From the NCBI GenBank assembly GCA_008632985.1, contig QPGO01000292.1, positions 1-64,000 of the forward strand: a stretch of 64,000 nt of DNA, in the 5' to 3' direction. Below, one piece after another: positions 46,501 through 60,347 of this stretch. The notes under the pieces were generated by a model. That model made no database searches. It was not told the origin of the DNA and saw only the letters and a list, made by a program, of their open reading frames with translations. Source of the stretch: Psammoneis japonica. Taxonomy: Eukaryota. The number at the start of each line of letters is the position of its first letter. The first letter of the stretch is position 1. A program made the position numbers and the translations under genes.

Positions 46501-49420
46501 CTCATTGAAATCAATGACTGTTTGTTGATGTCCCTGGACATTTGTTGGCATGCATGGACATCCACTCATTTTTGGTCACACCCATTTGTGATGAACAGGT
46601 GTGATTTGTGTTGAATGGCAATGGCCCATCACAAATGAATTTGTGTGCCGACACTCACACTCACACACGCTGTCTGCAACATTGTCCGTTGGTCCGACCA
46701 CAAGACAATTCATGGAAATGGGCCTCTGATGATGTGTGCACCTGCACAGCAGGAGTGATTTGCAGGCAGAAGCAGGAAAGCTGTCATCAGCTCCTTCTTG
46801 ATTGAAAAAATCCAAGCAGGATGGTCAAGGGTGCATGTGTGTTTCTGCAGGTCACAGAGACCTCCTTTCTCTGACTGGAAAGCTGCAGAGGGCATTTCCC
46901 CCTGCAGCTTGACAACCCACAAGTCGAGGACAAACGTGCACCACTGCCTCTCCACATGGCTTGCAAGGATGGTTGGAATTGCCAGCCAAAAGTGGAGTCA
47001 CTTCAGAGCTGTCCCTGCACATTTGAGATTGCACAGGATGCTCTGCAAAGGTGTGCAAACCAAACCATGAATTTCCAGTTCACTGCTGGGCCTTTCAAAA
47101 GTGTGCCAATCAAAATTCTCTTCTTGTTGCCATGCACCCACACACTCAAAAAGTGCCCAACTCAGTTGAGGTTTGCAGCATGGGTTGCTGGCACACTGAA
47201 GCTGCCTCTGGAGCATGCAAAACACAACAAAAAAGTCTTTGAATGTCTGGCATGGTGCATTTGTCAGAGGGATCTGGCTTTTCTGTTGCACCCAATGTTT
47301 GAGGACAGAGGCACTCAAGGCAGCAGTGAGTGCACTTGCTGTGGCTTTTCAAGCATTTTCCAGCCCAAGTGGACAAAACTTGGGGGTCCAACTGGACATT
47401 TCCATTGCATGTTGCATGGCTTTTGTGGATGACATGCACTCAAAAGATCAGCTGGCAACCTTTGTTGGACAAGCACCCCCCCTCACTTTGAGGACAAAGC
47501 AGACAGAAAATGAGTGGCTGAAGCTGCTGAGAAGAATGAGATGTTGTGCACTTGCCAGCATCAGGCAAAGATGACACATCCCTGTGCACAGCTCTGCTGC
47601 ACAAGATTTGAGACATGAGAACAAGCAGAAGAAAAAGGAAGTGGCCAATCCACGTGCAGAGCACCAAAGCTGCTGCAACAGCAAAAAGAGCTCAGTGTGT
47701 TGCAGCCAAGAGAAAATGAGGCACTTTCACTCTAAAGACATGTTCAAAGATGACAACTTTGCATGGGACAAGAATGATGAGAACAAATTGATCCCACACT
47801 TCTCGGATTGATGGCAAGAGAAGTTCTGCACTCGCATTGGTGCTGCCCCTGGGATTGTCCAGTGGTGCTGTGCACCACAGGCAGCAAGGAAACAGCCCAC
47901 AGCCAACAAGAAGTGGTGTTGGTGCAACAGCTCTGCACTCTGGTGCACTCAAAACCACTGCTGCTAGCCCACACATGTGGCTTGTGCAGCACTGCTGGTG
48001 GCACAACTCTTTCATGTGGAGCTCAAGATCAATCGCCAAGGGATTCCAGCAATTGCGTGAGCATGAAGGCTTGCAAAGCTGACCACCAATCCCCCATGGT
48101 CAGCCCAACATGTGCTCATTGGAGAGCTGTTTGAGGGCACGCCACTTGGACAAGGAGTTGACGTTCTTGCCATTCCAGACAAGGCAGTGTGTGCCAACTG
48201 TCTGGAGGGAAAGCATCAAGGCCACAGCAAGATGCAGCAAGGAAGAAGCTGTGCAGCTGGGGCCTTCTTCTGAGATTGCTGTGATGTCTCATGTCAATTC
48301 AAAAATTGCAGCACATCACAAAGATGCCTGCGCACTGTGCTGATTTGTCTCAACATGCCAGCAATGAGAGACAAAAAGTGCAGGAAGCACCAAGTTTTTG
48401 GGAAATGTCTTGTTTCCATTTTTTGGCTCAGAACATGCAAGATGGTGTCCTTGTGCAGCTTCCAGCAGGAGGAAGTCAAAGATTGCAACAAAGCATCAAG
48501 CATGCAATGATGCTGGTGTGAGCAAAGGGGGTGAGAAAACCATGCCACAGTTTCAAATCATGATGTGCAGTGCCGACGTCATTTCGTGCATTGTTGAATG
48601 CCTTCATTGAATGACTTGTGAGTGATGTTTCCATTTTGGAAGGGCCAAAGAATCTCATTTGTTTCTGAGCTTCCAAGCTGCAATCACAGCAAATGTCCAG
48701 TGTTTTGGAATCCATCCAAGAACATGCAAATTGGCTGCAGATGGGCTCATTTGGTGTGGGGTCTCCCTTTTGACATGGAGAGGCTGCACTCAGCTCAGAC
48801 TGGCATTCTTGGAAGCAGTTGCCATTGCACCCTTCCTCACACCATGCTCTTGTGGCCATCACATCCTGCAACAAAGCTGATGGTCTTGTTTTTTTTTTTT
48901 GTGCATGACAAGGGCAGAAGATCTGGGTGAGAAATGCCTTCAGTTGGCAAAGGGGTTGTCAGAGACCCCCCAAGCACAATCAAGAACGTTGGTGCTGGTG
49001 GAGCTGGGGTGCTGACATCCCCGGGTGACAGATCTTCCAGGTGACTGCAGCTGCAGAATTGCCACGGAGGAGGCATTGCACTCTCTGGCCAATTTCCCCC
49101 CCCCCAAACAATCTTTTTGGGTGGTGGAGTCCTGGCTGACAACGAATCAAGTCGGGTCCCGAGAACGGCCACCACTTGGTGTCCCGGTTCTCTGGGGTTC
49201 CTCAGACGGGAACCGGCGAATGGTGCACCGGCGAATGGGAAAAGCGTTAGAATTTCAAACGAAATCCGTTGAACTGCACAGTGCTGACATTTTTATGTCA
49301 CCAAACGGAAGCAATAAGTGGTCATGTGTCGATCATGCTAGCCCGGGTCCAGCACCCATGTCTGCCTCCTCGGGCGTGAGGATGCGTTCACCCTTGGACC
49401 AGAATGTGGTGACAAAATAG
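43520..49420. other. Heavily degenerated, TpA- and CpG-depleted block, probably a DNA-transposon relic
   Basis: Only about 15-20 TA dinucleotides seen in ~5.9 kb. Coding-like traces remain (AFAH.LLKNNCDAW, KGWLPKANKFF), but no domain I can name. Confidence 0.7.
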
Positions 49421-49551
49421 AGAATGTAACGTTTAATCACTACTCTCTCCGTACAATCGCAAAAGGCGAAGACAACAACTACTACTGTATGCTATTCTCG
49501 TTACACTTAAGAAGAGAGCCCAATCGTCCTCTCACAAAGGACCAATCGTCT

Positions 49552-50346
49552 TTAGAAGCCTGCAGCAACAGTTGGATCCTGAGGAGGAGCACCCTCCATA
49601 CCAAGTGGCATGGCCGCCGCAGCGGCTGCAGCCGCAGCTGCTGCAGCCGCAGCTTCCTGTTGAGCAATCAAAGTAGCGGGACTCGGCTCTTCTTTCGGTT
49701 CCATAATTGTAACAACATCATCTAAAGGAATCTTTGGTCCCTGTACACCGCTAGGATCATGCGGAAGCATGATACTGACCTTAATTCCAATAACACCCTG
49801 ACGCATAAGTACGTGACGGACGGCAGTATCCGTGTAAACCTGACCAGCATGACCAGTCTTGATCATGTACCCGTCACCAAATTTCATTGCCTTAGCACGC
49901 TGTCCTCGCAGTTTTCCAGTCACAATAACTTCGACACCCTTGGCGGATGCTTCCATGACGAAACGGACCACACCATAGCAAGCACGGCGAACAGCCAATC
50001 CTCCGAGAAGCTTGAACTTGAGAGACTCAGCTTGTGCCTGCGCACAGAGTCCACGGTTCTGCACACGCTCCGCGTAAAGCTCGACGGCTCCGTCGGCAAA
50101 GTTGAAACGCTTCTGCACGACACTCGTGAGTTCACGAATTCGCTGTCCCTTTTCTCCAAGGACAGACTGGGTGCGAGTAGCACGAATAATGATTTCCGTG
50201 CGGTGAGGGGTGGTCCTCACCTCGACGCCAGCGTAACCATCTTCGGCCAATTCAGAAATCAACAACTCGTTGAGCTCAGCGTTGAAGACACCGTCAGCGA
50301 CAAACTTGCGCTTGGTGGAGAGACGACTGCGGCGAGTAGCAGACAT
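49552..50346 (-). CDS. RPS3: 40S ribosomal protein S3 (uS3)
   Basis: [52 protein letters not shown] and GKLRGQRAK. Confidence 0.97.
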   Translation of the reverse strand: MSATRRSRLSTKRKFVADGVFNAELNELLISELAEDGYAGVEVRTTPHRTEIIIRATRTQSVLGEKGQRIRELTSVVQKRFNFADGAVELYAERVQNRGLCAQAQAESLKFKLLGGLAVRRACYGVVRFVMEASAKGVEVIVTGKLRGQRAKAMKFGDGYMIKTGHAGQVYTDTAVRHVLMRQGVIGIKVSIMLPHDPSGVQGPKIPLDDVVTIMEPKEEPSPATLIAQQEAAAAAAAAAAAAAAMPLGMEGAPPQDPTVAAGF

Positions 50347-50889
50347 GTTGGAGAATCTGAGTTTTGAAAAAAGCGAGAAAGAAAAAGTGAGCAGAAGAAC
50401 CCGGAATGAGCAAAAGCACCGGGAGATTACGCTGATAGAAATTATTAACGACTCGTTTCCGATCTTTGGCTCTCTATCTGACACCAGTACGATCATTTGA
50501 CTTCGTTACGACAATTGCATCAAAAGATATTCGCTTGCGCTTGTTTCGCCATGGTCAACGTACCAAAACACTTGCTTTCGAACGACGGAATGATGTGCGA
50601 CACTGAGCTTGTCGAGGTTGTTACGTACTTCTTCAGTACTTTTTGTAGCATGTAGAAGTAGTACCTATACGAAGTAGAAAATCTCCAGTATTGCGGTAAG
50701 TTGAACGGAATCTGGAGTCTTAGAAGTGAGAGTTTCTCTATTATTTTTAAAAATATTGCGGTGAACGGGCAGACGAAAGCCCGTGGAAGAACTTACTAAC
50801 TAACTCGAACCTCGAACGAAATCTCGATGTGGTTTTGAGTTTTGATCGTCGTCATAGTCGATCACAAAAAACTTGCTGGTAAGTACACC

Positions 50890-52330
50890 ATGGTGATGAT
50901 TCGCTGCTCTGACATTGTTGCTGTTGTTTGTAAAGCACAATGCCATCACCGCAGCACTTCAAGAAACCAGCACATCACAACGAGGTGGGGTTGTCTTCTT
51001 TATGTGGTGAGCGGCGGTGTTTGTTTTGAGTTGCTGAATGGGTTTGCAAGTGGACTTTGGCACAGCCCACACAAAGCAATGTCACTCACCATGTCATTGC
51101 TTTTTCTGTTTTTCTCCTCCTTCTCACACTCATCACATGCATGGCCTCCTCTTTGTTGGCATGACACGTCAAAACAAACAACAGCGCACCCCCAGGAGCA
51201 ACAAGAACAAACCGCTTTGCTGCACAGCATTGTCATTGCAGCAAGTCCCAACATCATGGTTCCTGTTGTTGCACTGTTCAGTGCTGTTGCATTGACACCC
51301 AAGTTGCGCCCTTCCTCCTTTCTCAGGTGCCTCTGCCGTTCCTCTGGCGGCCACTCTGAAAATGGAAAAGTGACACAAGGTGTTCACTTGGGTCAAACTC
51401 TGCCTGGGACTGGCCTGTCAGTGCCAATGATTTGCTCAATGCAAACACCACAATCACTGTCTTGCAGTTTTGAGGTCTGGATCCCTGCTTGCACAAAGCA
51501 GTCATTGTCATGGCTTGTGAGAACTTGCTCTCCAAGCACAAAGGAAGCACTCCATTTTTTGGGGCTGCTCGACCTTCCAATGAACTCAAACTGGCATGTC
51601 CAGAAGTTGGCATGCTTTCTCTGCAGCCACACAAATGTCCCCATGAAAACTGAGCCAATTGTCATTTGGAAAGCAATGGACAGCACACCTCAACTCACCA
51701 TCTGGTTTCTCAAGAAGCAAGCTGACCACTGAGAAATCATCAAGGTGATTGTTGGAGCGGGGCTCATCACAACTGTGACTGCCTTGAAAAAGAAATCAAA
51801 GAGCCATTTTCAAGAACTTCCATCAAATGCTGCTTTTAGCTCTTCTTTAAACCAGTCCACAATGCAGCCAAACAGCAAGCTGCAATTGGTCCAGCGATCC
51901 AAACAAGTCACAACAGACCCCCCTTTGGGCAAAGAGATCAACAACGCTGAAACAGAGCTTGCAAAACAGTTGCTCCTCCCCAACATCCACCTCCCCAACA
52001 TTGAGGGGTGGTGACACTCATGATTGGTGGAGTCAGTGATGTGATGACTGCTCTCCAGCCCACCACACAACCCACTGCACTGTGACTGGAAATGTCGCCA
52101 ATGACACCATTGTGGCATCCCCCCTGGAGCAGATCTGTGTGGCCTTTTCCACTTTGACCACCATCCAGCAGCATTGCTGCCAGTCCCGAACCAGTCCCAA
52201 GCCAGTTTGTTCAACGAGTCCTCGGGCAGTTGTGACCTCAGCACCCACCTGCACAGCGTTGAGACCAACATTGAAGGTCTCCATCAGTCCCTGGACACAT
52301 CTGATTGCAACAGCAAAACAATGCGGACCA
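50890..52330. other. Short TpA/CpG-depleted degenerate relic between host genes
   Basis: Same TG/CA-rich composition as the other old blocks, with normal composition on both sides. Confidence 0.7.
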
Positions 52331-52664
52331 GCAATAGAGAGATGATGTAACAACATCTAGGACAGCATTATAGCGTGTGCTAGTAGATCAGAGAGAATGT
52401 GAGAAGAGTGCTTCCCTCGTGACGACTGTTCTCCAAATTGTTGACGCTTCCAGCAGGGATCACATCTTATGAAATGAGGTGAATTCACTGGGTGATCATG
52501 ATCCGCCAAGCGAGATGGACCCTTCTTGCTATGAGGTTGTACGCACAAATGAGACACTGGGCTAGTTGGACGCAATCGAAACAAATGCTGGTCCAAGATC
52601 TAGAGCAGTTCTATGAACAAATGAGGCACTGGGCTAGTTGAACGCATCGAAATACTACAGGTTG

Positions 52665-53637
52665 TCACATAGGCTCAATTTTCTGCTCCTCCACACCAGC
52701 GACCACTTCATCGTCTTCCTTTTCTACCCAAATAGGCTGCGATCTCTGGTAGTCATCAAACTCCAACTCTGGTTGTGATTCAAATCCCTTGTGAGGAAGT
52801 TTCCTTCTGGGTTGCTTCCTTGCAGCTTCACGACGTTGTTCGCGATTCATTGTAGTCGTGTCCAGTTCCGGTTCTTCCTCTGGATACTCGGATTCAAAGT
52901 CGCCATCGTATTCGTCGTCGTCGCCATCGTCTATACCAAACAGCTCCTCGTCGCTTAGGTCGTCGCCTTCTAATTCACGAACGACAAAATCGTCTCTATC
53001 GGTTGCTTCACTCAGTCCCTCTTGAATACAGCTTCTGTTCGTCTCGAGCAGCCTTGCTCTTTTTGACGTAGACTTCGTTTTCCTTTGGTTTCCGTTTCCC
53101 CTGATGGAACTGTAACTTTCGCCCCATAAGCTGTTGATTGGAAGTATTGCAAACCTCCATGGCCGAGGTGGCATGAATAGGACTCTGAAACATGATGAAT
53201 CCATAGCCCTTGCTGTTTCCCGTTTTCCAATCACGAATTATTTTAATAGAGCAAATCGTTTGATCATGTCCCAGACGCTGCACAAGAAACCTCTTTAAAT
53301 CCTCCTCGTTTGCTTTGTATGGTAAATTGCCACAAAATACCTTGCAGGGATCCACAAAGCGTTTCGTTCCCGGTCGTCCTGCATTGGAGATTCGTTCCGC
53401 GTTGACTTGTGCCAATTTCCCACCCCCTCTATTGGAACGGCTTCTTCTCGATACCTTCATTGAAAGTTGATTATTTGATGGAGCAGCAGGCGAACTTCTT
53501 GGCGCTGTTCTTGTTGTTGCTGTTGAAAATATTCTGTGATTGGCTGTCGGAACCACAAAGGAATAAGCCCGTGAACAAGTCACAGCAAACGTGGATGCCA
53601 AGTACCACAGGATTATAGACTTGTTTATAAGCGTCAT
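52665..53637 (-). CDS. RRM RNA-binding protein, probably plastid-targeted, with an acidic C-terminus (frameshift near 53030)
   Basis: Bipartite-like presequence (AYSF), RNP2 VFCGNL and RNP1 KGYGFIMF. Confidence 0.8.
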
Positions 53638-54155
53638 GGTGAGCGAATAAGGTCGGAGTAGTTACAGTAAGTCGCCGACAGTAGTAGCTCGTCAACAATC
53701 GACAACGCAAGAACAAAGAACAAAAGGCGAACGAAAATGGGCCATAAAAGCGGTGGTGTCGAAATCGCGTCTTGCTGTCGCTCCCAATGTTGTTACCTGT
53801 TTACCGCTTACTGGATTCCTACGAACGATTTGTACCACATTCTACACAGCAAAGCCTTTCTCGCAAAGTGCCGCCCACCGACGGACCTCGCCTCCTCATC
53901 GTCGCTTTGCATCACGTTGTGATTTAGTTTACATCGTTGAGATCGGTAAGGCCATGGCGTTATGTTTTATACCAAGTAGCCGATACCAACACGCTGATTG
54001 AATGTGTCGGTATGACGAAAGAGCGATCCTCGCTCGAAAAGATTTGCTGAAATCATGGTCGTGGTCTGGTGGTCTGTCTGTCCCTCTTTGATAACAACAT
54101 ACTTCTTTCTCACATTTTGAACTTGTTACTTTCTCTTTCTGATAAGACTGTCACA

Positions 54156-54572
54156 ATGAAATACTCTTCATCCGTCTCTTCATCTCGCCGCAAGAGCCGC
54201 AAGGCTCATTTCTCGGCTCACTCGGAGGCTCGCCGTAAGCTCATGTCTGCAAACCTTTCCAAGGAGCTTCAGGCACGTCACGGAGTCCGCAGCATGCCGA
54301 TTCGCAAGGACGATGAGGTTCTGATTACACGCGGTGTATACAAGACTCGTGAAGGCAAGGTCACGGCTGTGTACAGGAAAAAGTGGGTTGTTCATGTTGA
54401 CCGAATTTCCAGAGAAAAGGCAAACGGGGCAACTGTTGATGTGGGTATCCCGGCGTCGTCCTTGACCATTACGAAACTCAAAATGGATAAGGACCGTAAG
54501 GCAGCTTTGGAGCGCAAGAGCAAAAGCAGCACCAGTAAGACCGAGGATGCCACTATGAGCAATGTGGATTAA
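54156..54572 (+). CDS. RPL26: 60S ribosomal protein L26 (uL24)
   Basis: [30 protein letters not shown] and REKANGATV. Confidence 0.97.
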   Translation: MKYSSSVSSSRRKSRKAHFSAHSEARRKLMSANLSKELQARHGVRSMPIRKDDEVLITRGVYKTREGKVTAVYRKKWVVHVDRISREKANGATVDVGIPASSLTITKLKMDKDRKAALERKSKSSTSKTEDATMSNVD

Positions 54573-55386
54573 ACTATATAGTTATACTAAGTAAAAACTA
54601 ATGCTCCATTCAGAAACACTTCAAACCATGGTATCTGGCATTCTCAGATTCCGCAGCCGTATTGTTCAGTAGTTTGGTCATGAAACTGGTTCTTAACGAC
54701 TTGAGTGTCATCCGCTGCTGTTCTGAGAATGCTTGGTCAAAAGCTAGTGCTCCCGAATCACAACAGTTCAAACAACATGTCTGACTGTCTGACCTACCGG
54801 TACCAACTGTACATGAGTTTTGTAAAAAGCGAATGACTCTGCCAAAAAAGCTAGTAGCTATGTTTTCTGCTTTGCCTTACTTGCATTGCGCTAAAATAGC
54901 TTTGCTTGCTTGCTTGGCTTGGCTCTCCGCTTTTTTTCCTGATGAAACGCGAAATAAATCTAGGGCCCTACTAGCCTCTAGGCCTGATAAGGTAAGTCCC
55001 TGGCGCAGCAAAAGAGAATCTCCTTTTCCTTGCTGTGAGACAAGAAAAACGGAGATACAACCTGAATTTATGGCTTACTTCAACCGCAGCTCTAGTCTAG
55101 AGAATGCAACAGATTTTGAGCCGAGTCTTAGAAACCGTAGAGTACTCAGAGTCACGCTCTCTAGGTCTAACTCTTCAGTAAAGATGCGTCATCCTGGGAC
55201 TGGTCAACTTAACGAGCACACTCAGCACCAAACGTTTCCTCTAGAGTAGAATCTACTTATCTCGACGAATGTAACTTTTTTTAAAGAACCTGCATAGGAT
55301 TAGAGGTTTTACTACCATAGCACATGTTGCACACTCTCCGATGTTTTTGCAAGAAAGATATTTTGTGTTCAAACGCCTTTTGGTAT

Positions 55387-57362
55387 TTAGACCGGAAGTC
55401 CACCCCGACGAGGGCCAAGAACGTTGTCAGCCTCCGCCATTTCGCCAAGGCCCAAAATGTTTTGGCACTTGAGGTCGGCAAAGCACTGTTCAAGTCGCGC
55501 GACGGTGTTCGCCTCGCCAGCCCGCAAGCACTCACGCGGCTATGTCGAACAAACAAGACGAGTACAAAAGCACATTACGAGTGAGAATGCTGTACAGACA
55601 GAACAGCACGAGGCCGATTGCAGCAGGTTCAACTTACATCGTAATACTTCTTGTTGGGCTTGTCCTCTGATGTTTCACAGGCAAAGAGAAGCACAGCGTT
55701 TAGTGACGTAGCATTCTCAGACAGACAGTTCATGCCGTCAATACTCACCTCCTTCTGGGTTTCCGATTTGCTTTTGCAAGTAGTCGTGGTATTTGGACTC
55801 GAAGTTCTTGATGCCCTCCCAATAGCTCCATTGAGTGTCCGTGTCAATGTTCATCTTGATGACACCGTATCCAATGGCTTCCTGGATATCGCTGACATCT
55901 GAACCACTACCACCATGGAACACAAACGCTACAGGCTTTTTATCCGCTGGTGCTTCGTCTCCGATCTTTTCGCTGATGTATTCCTGGGCCCGGGTCAGAA
56001 TTTTTGGCTCGAGTTTGACATTTCCCGGGCTGTATACACCGTGGACGTTTCCAAACGCAGCGGCAACTGTGTACATTGGAGAAATCGGTTGAAGGGCCTT
56101 GTACACCTCATAAATTTCCTCTGGCTTCGAATAAAGATCCTCAAGAGGGGTGTCAGTGTTGTCGACGCCGTCCTCTTCACCGCCGGTGATGCCAAGTTCC
56201 ATCTCCAAAAGCAGACCGATTTTCGACATGCGTGCAAGATAATCCTTACAGATTTCAATATTCTCTTCGATTGGTTCTTCCGACAAGTCAATCATGTGGG
56301 ACGAGAAAAGGGGCTCACCGTGATCCTTGTAATAACGCTCAGATGCCGCAATGAGTCCATCCACCCACGGCAGAAGCTTCTTTGCACAATGATCAGTGTG
56401 AAGAATTACAGGAACACCGTACTGCTCTGCCATCGTTCGTACATGGAAAGCGCCCGAGACTGCTCCGGCAATGGCTGCTCTGTAATCTTTGTTGTCGAGG
56501 CCTTTACCACCATAGAACTGCCACAACACAAACCAACAATTCAGCCAGAGTAATCACGACGACACAGTGGCTTTCCGTCATTCAAAAACTTACCTGGGAA
56601 CCACCTGAAGAAAACTGAATAATAATTGGGGCATCGTTCTTACGAGCCGCCTCCAAACAAGCATTAATTCCGGAGGAGGAGACACAGTTGACAGCTGGAA
56701 TGGCATATCCTAACGAAACAGGCGCGAAGAGGAAATCGGGTGAGATTTTTTCTTCTTGCCAGATTGTGACGAAAAAAGCCTCATGACATTTTCATACAAA
56801 ACTCGATAGTGTCGAAAATTTTAGCCAGAGTACGTCAAACACCACGTCACTAAATTTGCGAGGTTGATCATAGCGATCGAAAAAAGCCTTCTCGACCATG
56901 AGATTTTCAGAGCAACGCGAAGGAATGAAGAAAAGGCAACGCTTCATAATTCCTAAACCTTTCATGTCTAGGACTCCTATGAAGCTGAACTCATTTTCTT
57001 CGCTATGTCGGCTCAAACATGATGAAGCATCACGCTTTTCAATGCAGCATCGCGGAGGCACCTTGAAAAGCAACTGTACACGAAATTGATCCCTCTTCCG
57101 AGATAAATTCTTATGACTTACCATTCTCCTTTGCATGTTTCAATAAATCAAGTTGAGCCTGTCCAGTCAAAACACCTGGGTGCACACTCGCCGGCATGTT
57201 GGGGTATCCGTCAAGAGCACATTCGTCGGTACAGGGAAGGCCCAATTCTTCGGACATGGCGTCGAAGAGCGCAGTACTTTTGCCGGCATATCCTGCAGGT
57301 GATACAAAGCCACCAACAGAAGACACCAAAGAGAGCGCCGAAAGCGCAAGAGCTAACTTCAT
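55387..57362 (-). CDS. FBAC2: Plastid class II fructose-bisphosphate aldolase (FBAC2 type), multi-exon
   Basis: Presequence, AIPAVNC, QFSSGGSQ|FYGGKG, LHTDHC, FSSHMIDLS, ELGITGGEEDG, FGNVHGVY, VFHGGSG, KMNIDTD, KPNKKYYD|PRE and a C-terminal RRGGLPV. Confidence 0.93.
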
Positions 57363-58455
57363 GATGTCCGTCGTTTTTTTTTGAATCCGATTTGGTGAAG
57401 AGATGTGAAGAAGAGAAGGGCTTCACACCGCACCGCCGATTGAAGTACGTACTGTACGTAGAATTCTACGATGGTCCTCCTACGTATCCGACGAGGCGAT
57501 GCTTCGTGCGTGTCAAGCTTGCTTCTGTCGCGTGCACTGGAGGAGTCGCGCAGCCCGAGACGGAAACATGATGCCATATGGTAGCAAAGATACATGCTAC
57601 CACTTGAAGAGTTCCTAGCAGGTCCCTACCCTTGATCTTTGTTCTGTCTCAGGTTCACTATTCACGACATTACAAGGATTGTGGCTCTACAAGAGAAACT
57701 GAAATTCGCTCATGAATGTCAGTGGATCTTGCCGTAAAAACGAAAGAAGATCTCTTGCATCTGCGAACTGTTTTGCGTTGGTTGAGTGATGCCGAAGTTG
57801 CTGCGAACGAGCTCGTAATGTTCAAATTGACATTCTCTCATTTTCTTGTCAATCTCGCCCAAGTGCCCTTTCAGATTTCAAAAGATATATAGGAAAACCA
57901 AAGCGCTATACTGTGTTGTGCAAATGAAAGAATGACATGAATAAAGATGGATATGGTCGGCTGGTAAAGATCGCACCCAGTACTCATGAAGTTGATACAC
58001 ATGATGTGGACATGAGACTATGGATAGTAGTGCGTTGATTGAGGATAGGGTATGGATCTGGTTCGACATGGCTGATGGGTGTCGGGTCGATCGACGGACC
58101 ATGGTATCTTTCTAAGAGGTATTGATTATTCATGTACGAATAAATACCAATGTCGGAAACAAATTTTCAAACTTCAGTAGGCGTACGTACGTCACTACCA
58201 GAAAAAACTCCCTCCGACACTGGCCTGAAATTGCACAACCCAACACCACGTCTCTTTTCACGGTGCGTACAACGTCAGTGCATATTCGTATTGTGACGTT
58301 TGCAATCTTCGCCTCATATCCTGTTACGTAGCACTAAAACCGCCATCACAAGAGACGGAGGCGCTGTGAGAAGCAAGGCGAAAGGGAGGCAAGCTTTCTT
58401 ACTTTTTCTCGGCACTTGTGAGACAGTAGCAACAGCAACAACATCATCCACCAAG

Positions 58456-60347
58456 ATGCAGTCTCAGAATCCCGGACACGGCCCCGAACTTCGCGGTTCC
58501 AACATTACCCTCGGAACGATCACCAAGCCCACCGAGGAAGACAATCGTCAAACGAAAATTGTCTGTACATTGGGCCCCGCCTGTTGGGATGTGGATCAGT
58601 TGGAGGAGCTTATCGATGCCGGAATGAGCGTTGCTCGTTTCAACTTCTCGCACGGCGATCACGACGGACACAAGGCATGTCTAGACCGTTTGAGGGAGGC
58701 TGCTAAGAACAAGAATAAGCATGTCGGTACGTTTTTTGCCGACAAATAGTGGTCTTTGTCTCGTCACGTCAGCTTTCGGTGTGCGCGCGTAGCATAGTAC
58801 TATGATTCTACCCGAGCGAATCTTTTTCTTCGAGAAAAGCTATCTTGTTCCACAACTGCTTATGATGCTCACTATTCTCACTCAACCTCTATTTTCTTCG
58901 CATTACCATAGCTGTCTTGTTGGATACGAAGGGACCAGAAATCAGGTCTGGTTTCTTTGCAGACGGCGCTAAGAAAATTGATCTCGTCAAGGGCGAGACA
59001 ATTGTGTTGACTTCTGACTACACCTTTCGGGGGAACAACAAAAAGCTCGCCTGCTCCTATGCTTCTCTAGCTACATCTGTAGCTCCTGGGCAGAGCATTT
59101 TGGTTGCTGATGGCTCGTTGGTATTGTTGGTGGTCTCGACTGATGTTGATAATGGCGAGGTGACATGCCGCATTGAGAACAACGCGTCGATCGGCGAGCG
59201 GAAGAACATGAATCTCCCCGGTGTCGTTGTGGACCTTCCCACGCTTACCGAAAAGGATATTCGGGATATTCAGGAGTGGGGTATCAAGAATGAAGCCGAT
59301 TTCGTTGCTGCAAGTAAGTTTTATTTTGCGTCGTATTAGTTACTGAGAGCTATCATGGGTATCTCACAGCCCAAATTGTTTTTCACCAAATTTTAGGTTT
59401 TGTTCGCAAGGCGTCCGATATTAAGACGATCCGTGAGGTTCTTGGCGAAGAAGGCAAACACATTCAGATAATTGCAAAAATCGAGAACCTTGAAGGTTTG
59501 GAAAACTATAACGCGATCTTGGCCGCGACCGACGGAATCATGGTTGCCCGTGGTGATTTGGGTAGGTTATTCAACAAGTGCTTCGAGAGCATCTGCCAAG
59601 TCATAACTACGTTTCAACTGATCTTGTACTGTTTGTCCTACTTCTCGTTTAGGTATGGAAATCCCTCCCGAGAAGGTCTTTCTGGCCCAGAAAATGATGA
59701 TTCGTGAGGCCAACATCGCTGGTAAGCCCGTCATTACCGCGACGCAAATGCTCGAGTCCATGATCTCCAACCCCCGTCCGACTCGTGCCGAGTGTTCCGA
59801 TGTCGCCAACGCTGTGCTGGATGGAACCGACTGTGTCATGCTTTCCGGAGAGACCGCAAACGGAGAACACCCCACCGCCGCCGTTCAGATCATGGCCTCT
59901 ACTTGTTGTGAAGCAGAGTCTGCCGTCAACTTTAATTCTCTCTACCAAGCTGTCCGTAACTCAACCCTCAACAAGTATGGACACTTGAGCACGTCAGAGA
60001 GTATCGCCTCGTCTGCTGTGAAGACCGCCATTGATGTCAATGCCAAGGCGATTATTGTTTGCAGTGAATCGGGCAAAACCGCCACCCAGATTGCCAAGTT
60101 CCGCCCCGGACGTCCTGTCATGGTTTTGACCACGTCCCCGACCGCAGCACGGCAGTGCTATGGATGCCTCAAGGGAGTACAGAGTGCGATTTTGCCCTCT
60201 CTGGAGCACACCGACAAGGTCGTCAACAAAACCATCGAGGGATGGCTCAAGAGTGGAGTTGCCAAAGCTGGTGACCCCGTTGTCGTTGTCCACGGAACAA
60301 CCGCCCGTGTTGGCGGAACTAACGTCATGCGTATTCAATATGCCTAA
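58456..60347 (+). CDS. PK: Pyruvate kinase, 4 exons
   Basis: [57 protein letters not shown] and [10 protein letters not shown]. Confidence 0.97.

Noticed and set aside
52546..52655. ~36-bp imperfect direct repeat (ACAAATGAG.CACTGGGCTAGTTG.ACGCA) downstream of the RRM gene
   Set aside because: Only two copies, with no other structure; likely a local duplication.
4240..53100. Programmed frameshifting or pseudogenisation of DGD, DCC1-like, E2F-like, PDZ and RRM genes
   Set aside because: Isolated single-base shifts in otherwise well-conserved genes are more simply assembly indels. Read-level checking is needed.
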